NCBI GenBank assembly: GCA_963664815.2
Contig: CAXXHB010000003.1
Coordinates: 3,264,001 to 3,328,000 of the forward strand
DNA length: 64,000 bases
Direction: 5' to 3'
Source: Spirochaetota bacterium
GTDB lineage: Bacteria > Spirochaetota > UBA4802 > UBA5550
Positions 25,142 to 34,883 of this stretch are shown here, one piece after another. The notes under the pieces were generated by a model, which was not told the origin of the DNA, did not search any database, and was given only the letters and a program-made list of their open reading frames with translations. Position 1 is the stretch's first letter; each line of letters starts with the position of its first letter. A program made the position numbers and the translations under genes.

Positions 25142-27346
25142 TTATTTTTTATCAATGCCCTCTTCCTCATCCCGTATAAGCGCAACCTGATCTATGGAAT
25201 TTTTCCCGAGCAGACTTGTTGATGCTGAAACCTCTTCACCCTGCGCAGCCAGCTCTTCCATGGTTGAAGCTATGCTCTGTGCAAGATGATTGATCTTTGA
25301 GGTGTTGGCTTCAACTGTTTCAATCAGGTTTGAAAAATCCGCGTTGATCTCCTGAATTGCTTCCGACAGTTCAATTCCTGATTCTTCATGACTTACAAGG
25401 TTCTGGGAATTCCTGCCGTATATTTCGATGATCTGCTCATTGATTTTACTGATCGGCACTTTAAGGTTCCGGAGATAGCCCTGCGTCAGGTCGGCCAGCT
25501 TCCCAATCTCGTCAGCAACAACTGCAAACCCGCGCCCGGCTTCCCCGGCGCGGGCAGCTTCGATAGCAGCATTGAGACTCAGAAGATTAGTCTTGTCACT
25601 GATATCCTCCAGAGTAACAATAAACTCTTCCAGTATGCGGGTCTCATTTGTCAGCACCTTAAAATGTTCGTTGGTATCCTTTAATTCACCACTGACCTTG
25701 TTTATTCTGCCAATCTGCTTATTTATGATTTTCTCCTGAAGCACCCTGCTCTCTTTCAGCTTTTTAATCTCCCTGTAATTATCTTCCATATACATACTCA
25801 AATCAGTTACCTCAGCCGTTGTATCCTGTATGCCTCTGGAATATTGATCCATTGAGGAATTGATCTCCTCCAGCGCGGTAGTCTGGTCGGTCTGAAATGT
25901 TTTAATTTTCTCGAATAACTCTTTAATTCTCTCTTCGCGTTCTTCTACATATTTTTTCTCGTCAAGCAGGCTTTTCTGGATCTTTTCCCCCGCAGACTCC
26001 CTCGCGCCAATTGCCATTTCCATATCCGCATCATTTCTGCGCTTTTCATCTGCTTTAAAATCCAGACGAATAGATATCCACACAAGAAATGTTACAGGCG
26101 CAACAGCGAGTAATGAGTATCTTCCAAATACAGCAGCTGTCATCCCAAAATAGATAAAAGTCCCCGCAGCCGCGAGAGACGCTGTTCCGGATCTTTTTTT
26201 AAGAAAATATTTTACAAGGTCTCCTTTAGTTAAAGTTTCAGCAGTTTTACCTATCTGCTTTGCCACGTCCCTGTAATAAAAATTTTCAAGCGGTGACCAG
26301 ACATATTTTTCACGGTCATGAGCAAGCTCAATCCTTACCCTGCTGGAGTTTATTTCAACTTCATGCCCCATAAAATCGATTACTGCGCTTTTAGTGTAAC
26401 TTATACTTTCACCTTTCTTATCTTTACAGATCTCGTTACTGTCTTTATATTTATAAAAACCATCATTATCAAGGTAAACATTATCATTGATCTGATTAAG
26501 AGTGACCGGCAGTTTCGCAAGAAACACCACGGGGTTTAAATTCTTGTTGGCGATATAACCTTTTACAACGCCCATCACAAATGCCGGTGTAAATATATGA
26601 AGAATATTTTTACCATAAACGGTTTTTATACGCGGATAATATGTTTTACCTTCTATTGTTAGCTGTTCAGGAACATCCAGGAATGAATATTCCTCCTCGG
26701 AAGGGGAATATTCAAACTCAATAAATCCGCGTTGCCTCTCCTCCAATGGCTTAGTATAATAATCAGAATTATCATAGGTTATCATTGTTGTGCTTTGTTT
26801 TGATGTCACACCTGCATTTCGAATTAGTGTTGTTACTGGTATTCTGCAGATCTCCCTGTACTGCTTTTTATTGACTTTTGATGTTGATGCAGCCATGGCA
26901 AGATTAATATACATATTTATCCGCTCTTCGTGAGGAGCCTTGCTGAAAATACGCGCCAGTCTGAAATATACTGCGGACTGCAATAAATAAGAACACATAC
27001 CTGCAGGATTTGAAGTTACTTCAGAAAAATATTTTGTAGGGTTATATTTCCCGGGGATTTGAGAGTCTTTCTCCGTAAATCCGATTTCATAAAGCATTTT
27101 ATTCAATTCAACTATATGTAATGTTCCTTTTAAAAAACCTATCGCAGCAAGTATATACTTATAGGAGGTCTGAGGTTTTACCAGTTCTTTATCCAATCCG
27201 TTTTTTCTGATTTTTTCATCCAGAATGCCTATGATACGTTCGTATTTCTGTTCGGCAGTTCTTATCATTGCTGATTTTTGGCGGGTTTTTATATAATCTG
27301 AAACTTGTCTGGAAACATCACCGGATTCGATATCTTTTTTATTCAT
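25142..27346 (-). CDS. Methyl-accepting chemotaxis-like protein with large unknown N-terminal domain
   Basis: [37 protein letters not shown]; two closely spaced TMs mid-protein; ATG 27346 with GAGGGGAG RBS. Confidence 0.88.
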   Translation of the reverse strand: MNKKDIESGDVSRQVSDYIKTRQKSAMIRTAEQKYERIIGILDEKIRKNGLDKELVKPQTSYKYILAAIGFLKGTLHIVELNKMLYEIGFTEKDSQIPGKYNPTKYFSEVTSNPAGMCSYLLQSAVYFRLARIFSKAPHEERINMYINLAMAASTSKVNKKQYREICRIPVTTLIRNAGVTSKQSTTMITYDNSDYYTKPLEERQRGFIEFEYSPSEEEYSFLDVPEQLTIEGKTYYPRIKTVYGKNILHIFTPAFVMGVVKGYIANKNLNPVVFLAKLPVTLNQINDNVYLDNDGFYKYKDSNEICKDKKGESISYTKSAVIDFMGHEVEINSSRVRIELAHDREKYVWSPLENFYYRDVAKQIGKTAETLTKGDLVKYFLKKRSGTASLAAAGTFIYFGMTAAVFGRYSLLAVAPVTFLVWISIRLDFKADEKRRNDADMEMAIGARESAGEKIQKSLLDEKKYVEEREERIKELFEKIKTFQTDQTTALEEINSSMDQYSRGIQDTTAEVTDLSMYMEDNYREIKKLKESRVLQEKIINKQIGRINKVSGELKDTNEHFKVLTNETRILEEFIVTLEDISDKTNLLSLNAAIEAARAGEAGRGFAVVADEIGKLADLTQGYLRNLKVPISKINEQIIEIYGRNSQNLVSHEESGIELSEAIQEINADFSNLIETVEANTSKINHLAQSIASTMEELAAQGEEVSASTSLLGKNSIDQVALIRDEEEGIDKK

Positions 27347-27582
27347 CTCACTCCCCTCAGAACGTTTATTATTTAAGCTTAATTTATTTAAACGCATAAC
27401 AACATAAAAAAGACACCTGAATGCAGTATTAATACTTTTATCATAAATAATTTTATGCTCAACATGAATATAATCAAAATTTCCTATAACGTCAATGTTT
27501 TGATCTGTTCCGGAAAATTATCCCGTTATTCATACCAAATCTCATTTTTTAAATTTTTTCACCCCGCTCTGGTATAAACATT

Positions 27583-28455
27583 TTATTCTTTCCATCTTAA
27601 TATCTGTATCGGGAGATTATAGTAGTTTGAATTTTCTATTGTGGAGATATGTGCACCGGTTTTAATAGAGTGAATTATCAGGTCATCTTTATCGAGTAAA
27701 CCTTTCTCACCCCGGTCCTCATAAAAGACCGCCACATGAGCTTTAAAAAAGAGAATATCGCCTCTCCTGATATTCTTTAATGTCACCCTCTCCCCTTTTT
27801 TATTATAATATATCCCTTCACTCTGATTATAAAATTCTCCACTGACATTATCAGTGTAATTATAGATCCTTCCAGGGTGAATATATGGAATTTTATAATT
27901 CTGCCGGCGTTTACCATATATAACAAATGAGATACAATCTGAACCAACACCTGCATCGGTCTGATGAATACCTTCAACTTTTTGTGGAATCCATATAAAG
28001 GGAGTATTGAACAGTTCAGTAAGATATCCTGTATACGAGTTATCATTTCTGATAACAACCTGTATTGCTGAATTTAAATATTCATGTAAGAAAAAACGCG
28101 AACTGATATTATTGCAGTTCTTTAACCCTGTAAGAAAAATATGTGTTCCGGTATATTTCTCTTTCAATAATTCACGGAGATTTATTTTTCCTCTTCCGAT
28201 ATTTTCAATAGTGTAATCAATTCTACTTTTCAGGTCTCTTGCATCAAATTTGAAGTTCGAATATTCGGCAAGTACCGGACGGGCAAAGTATATATCGTTA
28301 CTGCTTTCAATTATGAATTCATCGCTGTTTCTGATATAATAACTGCCTCCCGCATTCTTCTCTATATTGCAATAATGCTCTGCTGATTCAGATTGAGAAG
28401 GCAGCAACAAAAGATTAATACTAAAAAGCAAACAGTTCCGTAATGCACGTGTCAC
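27583..28455 (-). CDS. Putative exported NlpC/P60-like (papain-fold) enzyme
   Basis: TPFIW...GSDCISFV...RGDILFFKAHVAVF...IIHS matches the Cys/His/His order; hydrophobic N-terminus. Confidence 0.65.
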   Translation of the reverse strand: MTRALRNCLLFSINLLLLPSQSESAEHYCNIEKNAGGSYYIRNSDEFIIESSNDIYFARPVLAEYSNFKFDARDLKSRIDYTIENIGRGKINLRELLKEKYTGTHIFLTGLKNCNNISSRFFLHEYLNSAIQVVIRNDNSYTGYLTELFNTPFIWIPQKVEGIHQTDAGVGSDCISFVIYGKRRQNYKIPYIHPGRIYNYTDNVSGEFYNQSEGIYYNKKGERVTLKNIRRGDILFFKAHVAVFYEDRGEKGLLDKDDLIIHSIKTGAHISTIENSNYYNLPIQILRWKE

Positions 28456-29764
28456 TGAACACTGTCCCAGGGTATACTTCTTTTATAGTTAACCTGATTT
28501 TAGTTATTTCATATTTGCCTGCAAAATCTTCAGGAGTGACAAGCGGTTCTATTGTATATTTATCTATATCACTTAATTTATCGGGATAATTATTTTCACG
28601 AATATATCCCATATCGAAATCATATAGATTGACATTCTTACTGAATGAAATATTTCTGCTATTGTCATCTTTCATTGTTGCAGAAATATCACATTGTATT
28701 TTTTTTACTCTTGAATTTTTCCTGTATAATTCTCTGTTTTTCATGAAACCATTAGTTATAGCAATTGTTCCGACTGAAGTGCCCTTTCTAAATTCAACTT
28801 CAATCCACTCATCAATCCCGTTGTTATCAACACCTTCGCTCCATGTTGTGGTGTATTTTCCATCGATAAGATTTTCGGGTAAATAATCCCCTTTAAGACA
28901 GCTTGAGGCTGTAATTTTTAGAACCCTGGCAGGTGTGTTTTTTGAAGTTATCTCTTTTTCATTATACCACTGGTATCCTGATGCATTATAATCAATTTCC
29001 AGATCGTGTATTTTTAATAAATCAGCTTTCCCAATCAATGCATAATAACGATTTTCTCCCCCATTTAAACCTTCCATCCCATTTATCTTTACATTATAGA
29101 CTAATGATGTGTCTATGGAAACTTCGAGTTTATCTACAATCCCCTCTCCCCAACCTGCCGCAGGTTTGAAATTATACCTGAAAACTCTTGCCCCATAAGA
29201 GATTTCTTCACTTTTACTCGTGCCTTCATCTTCGAAAGATGACTTTGCAGAGTAATTTATTTCAATAATATTTATCCCTTTTTGCAAGAGTAATTGCGAA
29301 AAATACCATTTCTCTTCATCATATTGGACAGGTTCATTGGATTCATTAAATTTAACGCTTTTCACTTTGTTTATCTTTTCATTTAGTTTAACATTTGAAC
29401 CATTAATCTTCATCGAAAAATATCGGATTAAATTAGCAGAAGAATCTTCAAATGATCTAAAAATATCATATTCAAATTCATTTTTAAACGGAAAACCGTA
29501 TGCTACTGTTTTGTTGTCCTCCCTGCAATTCAATTCATAAACAATATGAACACCGACATAATTACCAACAGGCATAATAAAAAGTTTTTCACTAATCAAA
29601 TCAACATTCCCGGTTTTTTGAAGTTGAATATTACCAGAGGATGCCAGTGTCGAACTGTCAATTGTGCCGCCATTTGAATAAATCGGGGCTAAGTTAAAAA
29701 GTGACGATATAATCAGTAATAAAAAAACTCCGAAACATTTAAATTTACTCATTATAATCTCCAT
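28421..29764 (-). CDS. Exported protein: DUF4424-like N-domain plus discoidin-like NADase-type glycan-binding C-domain
   Basis: Signal peptide; VDLISEKLFI, YGFP, PAAGWGEGI; ASS..Y.PENLIDG...T.WSEG...G..EWI, NGF..N.R.K, I.EVYPG...DTCITE. Confidence 0.7.
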   Translation of the reverse strand: MEIIMSKFKCFGVFLLLIISSLFNLAPIYSNGGTIDSSTLASSGNIQLQKTGNVDLISEKLFIMPVGNYVGVHIVYELNCREDNKTVAYGFPFKNEFEYDIFRSFEDSSANLIRYFSMKINGSNVKLNEKINKVKSVKFNESNEPVQYDEEKWYFSQLLLQKGINIIEINYSAKSSFEDEGTSKSEEISYGARVFRYNFKPAAGWGEGIVDKLEVSIDTSLVYNVKINGMEGLNGGENRYYALIGKADLLKIHDLEIDYNASGYQWYNEKEITSKNTPARVLKITASSCLKGDYLPENLIDGKYTTTWSEGVDNNGIDEWIEVEFRKGTSVGTIAITNGFMKNRELYRKNSRVKKIQCDISATMKDDNSRNISFSKNVNLYDFDMGYIRENNYPDKLSDIDKYTIEPLVTPEDFAGKYEITKIRLTIKEVYPGTVFSDTCITELFAF

Positions 29765-30247
29765 TTCTGCCTCATAGTCTCAGGGACTATCCCCCCTGAC
29801 TCTCAGGGTCTGTTTTATTTGCCCAAATTACATCTATAGAGTTTTAATAAATTAACACACTCTGAATCCGCAGGCACTTTATCATCAGGATCAGAAAAAA
29901 TCAAGCTCAATTCATCTGTTTCTATCTAACTAATTGTTTTTATTTGAAATATTACTATTATTATCATTTTAAGAAATTCATTTTTTATTCTCTTTATATT
30001 TTATTCTGTTCTTCGTGCATTTATCCTCTGTTGACATCCATTCATTCACCTCATGATCGGAAAAACATAGCATACCTGTCCCCACAGTCATTGTAATCCT
30101 GGTAAGAAAAATGTAATACCCGTTACAGCATACATTTTAAAAAGAATGTTTCAGGGGATTACGTGATAATTCGTCATGTTGTAATAAAAGCATTATAGTA
30201 AAAAGATGAGGATAAATTCAGCTGTTGTATTTAAAAAACGCGGGATT

Positions 30248-30685
30248 TTAAAACACATTATTTATCGGTTTGAGTGTCTTCTGCTCAATAAATTTTCCGA
30301 TTTTTTTATCCTGTTCCATAATATGTTTTGTCAGCCAATTATATAGAAAATCGAGGAACTCGTCAGGATTCCCATTTCCTTCCATCATTTTATTTTTAAA
30401 ATCAGCAGCAAGTCCTGTAAGGCGGTCATGTTCATTTTTATGCTGCGGAAAACGAACATATTCAATTTTCTCCATCAGCGCTTCTTCCTCTTTGAAATGA
30501 TACCTGGTGTAATCTATAAGTGCATCTAGTGCACCTGAGAGAGAACTGCCGGCAGACCTGGCCTTAACGAGATCATATAAAGTATTAATAAGGCTGAAAA
30601 GCATTTTATGCTGCTCATCCACTATCTCAATATCAATTGAAAATTTGTCACTCCATGATAAAAAAGGCATTTTTTGACTCTCCAT
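30248..30685 (-). CDS. Bacteriohemerythrin
   Basis: W...S.D...VDEQHK, HFKEEE, HKNEH, WL..HI...D ligand set complete. Confidence 0.93.
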   Translation of the reverse strand: MESQKMPFLSWSDKFSIDIEIVDEQHKMLFSLINTLYDLVKARSAGSSLSGALDALIDYTRYHFKEEEALMEKIEYVRFPQHKNEHDRLTGLAADFKNKMMEGNGNPDEFLDFLYNWLTKHIMEQDKKIGKFIEQKTLKPINNVF

Positions 30686-30777
30686 ATAACATTATAAAGA
30701 ATTGAACCCTAAGAATTATCCGATCATCAAAAAAACAATATTCATTCGTCAGCCGGAAAAGCCTCATCTCTGCGGCT

Positions 30778-31335
30778 TTATGATTTAAAGACAGGAAGCC
30801 TTGCCAGATACACAATATCTTCCTTGTCATAACCGGCTTCTTCAAGAAGAACCGCTGTTTTACATATCACCTTGCAGCCTACTCTCAGAAGAAGTTTTTC
30901 AAGCGAACTGATTGACCCCCCGGTGGAGACCACATCATCCACAATACAGACATTTCTTCCCTTAATATGTTCCACATCCGTGCCATCAAGAACCAGCAAC
31001 TGCTCCCCGGCAGTAGTAATGGAAGTTACTTTTTCTATAATAGGATTATGCATATAAGACTTGAGTGATTTCCTTGCGACAATGTAATTAACCTGCACCA
31101 GTTTAGCGAGAGCGTGCGTTAGCGGAATCGCCTTCGCTTCGGGGCACACAAGAACATCAATATTGTATTTCGGAAACTCAGGGTGCTCATAAATCGCCTG
31201 TGCCGACTTTTCTATAAGCTCAGTATCTCCAAGCATAACAAAACTTGCAATGGTCAGGTTATCATTTATCTTTATCTTCGGAAGCCGGCGTTTTACACCG
31301 GCTATATTAAGATTGTAATAATTATCCTCATTCAT
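30778..31335 (-). CDS. Purine phosphoribosyltransferase-family protein
   Basis: PEAKAIPL, ARKS, PRPP motif VCIVDDVVSTGGS. Confidence 0.9.
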   Translation of the reverse strand: MNEDNYYNLNIAGVKRRLPKIKINDNLTIASFVMLGDTELIEKSAQAIYEHPEFPKYNIDVLVCPEAKAIPLTHALAKLVQVNYIVARKSLKSYMHNPIIEKVTSITTAGEQLLVLDGTDVEHIKGRNVCIVDDVVSTGGSISSLEKLLLRVGCKVICKTAVLLEEAGYDKEDIVYLARLPVFKS

Positions 31336-31345
31336 TTATACCCTC

Positions 31346-32488
31346 TCACATACCGTAAAAGACAACCTTGACTATTATACCGGCAATCATACCGAAAAAT
31401 GGATTGAACCTGGCGGTGATAAGAACAGTCGCTCCGATTATCATCCCCATGGGACCGAATCCGAAAGGTCCGTTGAAAGGGCCGGCCTCTGCGATAGCAC
31501 CTGAAATATTACTCGAAAAGGTAACAAAAGCTCCAAGGACAAAGAGAAATCCTGCAATTGACGATCTGTGCACATACCTTCCGATTACCGGAAGAAGTTT
31601 CATAAATAGTATAACAGCCATGATCCCCATCATAAGAACCGATGCGAGAAGTGGGTGCGGAGCGGTGGCGGTTCCGGAAATTATCGACTCAACAGGTCCA
31701 CCTCCGAGCATGGTCGATCCCATATCAGCAAGACATGAATAAATTGAAAGATGATCTATATTGGTGTTTACACCGGCAATACTACCGGTGATTTTCCCGA
31801 AAGAGATATTTGCGCCTATATTAAGACAGGCAATTGAAAAAGCTCCAAGAACTATATTCCTGTTCGTCCAGAACTTCCACTCTATATTTCCCAGATGAAA
31901 TTTCTCCAGAGAAGCGTCTATGTGAGGTTCATCAACCTTGAGTTTAAGCTTATCTTTAAAAAAAGGAACATATCTGATGGCAATATAAACTGCTGTTGAA
32001 GCTATTACTGAAATTATTATTGTCAAAGCAAGGTCTTTCTTGATAAACCAGACTATCAGTGCACTGACAAGTGATATGGTTCCTGTTATATATTCATCCT
32101 TCAGAAGAGTAAATGAAACATTCGCAAGCATTATTCCGACTCCTGCCATCATCGAAAAAACAACTACCGGCCCTATGAATCTGACTATTGCTTCATTTAA
32201 TCCGAGCAGTGATGGGATAAGGAGTAAAAAACCTCCCCAGAAAACCAGAGAAAGACGTTCCCTGATAGTCGAACCAAGGTTTCCGGCAAGAGTGATAGTC
32301 TCAGCCTGAAATGAAATTGTAGCAACTGAATTAAATGCGAGAGAACCTCCTATACCAATTAAAAACGCTACTGCGGTAGGGAAAGCTGCAAAGCCATAAG
32401 AGAGAGCCAGTAGCCCCTGTGGTATACCATTAATGACTACAGCAAGGGCAGTCAGTAAATCCTGTAAATACTGTTCCATTCGTAACAC
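31346..32488 (-). CDS. Nucleobase (NCS2-like) permease
   Basis: Highly hydrophobic multi-TM; ISFQAETI and GGGPVESIISGT motifs; co-oriented with PRTase. Confidence 0.75.
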   Translation of the reverse strand: MLRMEQYLQDLLTALAVVINGIPQGLLALSYGFAAFPTAVAFLIGIGGSLAFNSVATISFQAETITLAGNLGSTIRERLSLVFWGGFLLLIPSLLGLNEAIVRFIGPVVVFSMMAGVGIMLANVSFTLLKDEYITGTISLVSALIVWFIKKDLALTIIISVIASTAVYIAIRYVPFFKDKLKLKVDEPHIDASLEKFHLGNIEWKFWTNRNIVLGAFSIACLNIGANISFGKITGSIAGVNTNIDHLSIYSCLADMGSTMLGGGPVESIISGTATAPHPLLASVLMMGIMAVILFMKLLPVIGRYVHRSSIAGFLFVLGAFVTFSSNISGAIAEAGPFNGPFGFGPMGMIIGATVLITARFNPFFGMIAGIIVKVVFYGM

Positions 32489-32825
32489 CTTCCTCTATGA
32501 CAGAATTTGTGATATAACAAAACATAATATTATAAATTCTGTGTTTTTTTTTATTATTCAAATACACAGTTTATTTATCAAGATATTAATTCAATCGTAA
32601 CGATGAAAATGATTTCTGATGTTCGGTTTTTACACTAAAAAAGACGCGGATGAAGCAGCTTATTTCTTAATAAAACGCGCTTGTGAATCATAGAATAAAA
32701 GTTATGAAAAAAAGGGGGAAACCTAAACTGCTAAAAATTTTTATAAAATAAAGACATGCTACACGAAAAATAATATAATCGGACAAATTCATTAATCACA
32801 TCCCGCAGGTTAAAGATCCAGTCGA

Positions 32826-34670
32826 TCAAAGCATTAATCTCATTTTACCTAGTATCTTTTTATTAAAGAGTGTCCCTTCTATAAGTCCACGATAAAGGAA
32901 GAGAGATCTCCCTGCGGCATTATCATTTTTATCATCTTCAATTTCATACCCTTCGGTAATAGTATGAATAACTCTCTGTATTGAAAAGCTTATAAGTCCC
33001 TTGCTCTTCTGCATAGATTCAATAAACTTATCCGTCTCTGAAAGCTTCTTTAAAATGAAAGACATTTTCCCGGGATCGCTTTTATCTCTCCCTGATTCTA
33101 TCATTCCGGAAAGTTCGCCGGCATATGCTGATGCCTTTTCAAGAGCAGGTATCAGGCTTTCAATTTCATCAAGCATGTCATTAATTCTCTTTTTTAACCT
33201 GTTAATTCTGCCTGAATCGATCTCACTTCTGTAACTGTCATAAAGCTCATGAACTTTTCCCATGATATCCATTTCAGGATACTCGAATGTCAGCCTGTCA
33301 TGCGGAATATTTTTCAATCCTTTGATAAACACACCGTTGTAGGTAGCATTGACAAGATCATTATCATATCTCTTTTCAAACCAGGTCTGAAAGATCATCA
33401 TCTTCTGGTTAGTACGCACCCTATCGCCTCTTACACCCTTTAAAAAAACAGGGGGGAGAGATGCAATCTGCCTTCTGTTATACATCTGTGCATTGTTTAA
33501 TTTATATGTTTTATCATGGATCTGTTCATCAAGATAGGATCCTTTAGCGTGAGCAAGACCTGACGTGAACGAAAGATCCTGACCAACCATCAAGACAGGT
33601 GATGCCCCGAGTCTTTTTGCAAAATCATATGCATTTGTGGAGACTGAACCTCCATGCGTCAGTTCACCTTTCTCCCCACAGATGTCATCTATCCATTTCA
33701 TCATATCAAAGGCAATGCCTGTCAGAGCAATCCTCCCCTTAAAAAATCTTAATAATGATGGATGTACCGTCGGATCAGAAACAAGTATTGTATCTGATTC
33801 CTCAATTCCTTCATAATATCTGGCATTAATAAGCTGCGGATCTACCGAAAGGCAGAAATGAGGAGTAATACCGTTATCAACAAGGAGTTTGTACGATGTA
33901 TCAACCGCGATTATCACCGCCCTGCTGATATTTTCTTTGATAAAATCCATACTGTAATTAAGAGAAGGACCAGCTGCAACAACAATAGCCGGAATACCGG
34001 TAAACTCATTAAAAAAAAGATTAACTCCGCATGATTTTGCTATAACACTGATGTTCCTGGAGGTATTTGAACCCCATGTTTTTTCAAACCTGGCGAGAGT
34101 CGCAATATTTACATCCTTTGTTGAAATATAAGATTTTATTACAGATACAATATTCTGATAATAATCAGGGTATATCTGTGCCGATCCCCGATGAGTAATG
34201 AATAAAACATTACGTGAAGACTTCCCTCTGAATATTTCTCCGAGAAGACTTTCAGCTGGATCAGCAAGTATATAAAAATTATCCTTTCGAATCAGACTTT
34301 CCAGATCACGAAACTCAAATGCCTTTTTCAGCAGTGCCTCATCTTTTTCTACTGCTATTACATTCACTTCTGGAGATATTTTTTCGAGAAGAAGTTCGCA
34401 ATGATACCCAAAACCGAATCCAAGTATAATAACGAGATCCCTGTCAGAAACATCAATCTCTGAAACAAACCTTTCCGCCTCCCTCTGCGGGTCAACTCTG
34501 CTGTGAATTGAGAGTTTTCTGCCGTCGGGAAGATTCAATAACGGCACATAATTCCCGGTCTTTGACTCCAGCACATCAACATGATCTGCTGCTATATTCT
34601 TCAACCTGGCAGCTATCTCTCCGTTTCTTGCATTCAGAGCATTGATATTTTTATTGAAGATATCGTTCAT
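32826..34670 (-). CDS. Motility-associated factor (Maf/MAF_flag10) glycosyltransferase-family protein
   Basis: HSRVDPQREA, LGFGFGYH, VVAAGPSL, GGSVST, MVGQDLSF. Confidence 0.85.
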   Translation of the reverse strand: MNDIFNKNINALNARNGEIAARLKNIAADHVDVLESKTGNYVPLLNLPDGRKLSIHSRVDPQREAERFVSEIDVSDRDLVIILGFGFGYHCELLLEKISPEVNVIAVEKDEALLKKAFEFRDLESLIRKDNFYILADPAESLLGEIFRGKSSRNVLFITHRGSAQIYPDYYQNIVSVIKSYISTKDVNIATLARFEKTWGSNTSRNISVIAKSCGVNLFFNEFTGIPAIVVAAGPSLNYSMDFIKENISRAVIIAVDTSYKLLVDNGITPHFCLSVDPQLINARYYEGIEESDTILVSDPTVHPSLLRFFKGRIALTGIAFDMMKWIDDICGEKGELTHGGSVSTNAYDFAKRLGASPVLMVGQDLSFTSGLAHAKGSYLDEQIHDKTYKLNNAQMYNRRQIASLPPVFLKGVRGDRVRTNQKMMIFQTWFEKRYDNDLVNATYNGVFIKGLKNIPHDRLTFEYPEMDIMGKVHELYDSYRSEIDSGRINRLKKRINDMLDEIESLIPALEKASAYAGELSGMIESGRDKSDPGKMSFILKKLSETDKFIESMQKSKGLISFSIQRVIHTITEGYEIEDDKNDNAAGRSLFLYRGLIEGTLFNKKILGKMRLML

Positions 34671-34883
34671 TTTCTGATTATTTCTCTTCCATCTACTATT
34701 CTACTATTTTATACAATCATGAATAAATCACTCCTGCTTCTGTCATTGCGAGAAGCAATCACTGCACAGCTATATATTCAGATAATAATCATTTTATTAA
34801 AAATCAATATTCATTTCATGAACAGATTGTTTACTTATATTCGCAATAACTATGCTTTTAATTATTCAGTGAATTATTCTATT

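Noticed and set aside
29799-29808. CTCTCAGG, a glycine-riboswitch-like 3' motif
   Set aside because: Wrong strand for the adjacent gene and the GGAGA and GCCGAAG elements are absent
29915-29935. GTTAGAT core suggesting an integron attC site upstream of the DUF4424-like gene
   Set aside because: No complementary inverse core or attC hairpin, and no integrase in the window
32490-32825. Purine riboswitch upstream of the nucleobase permease
   Set aside because: No purine-riboswitch core recognisable on the minus strand
34741-34760. TGTCATTGCGAGAAGCAATC, resembling a palindromic-repeat end
   Set aside because: Only a 20-nt fragment with no matching partner arm nearby
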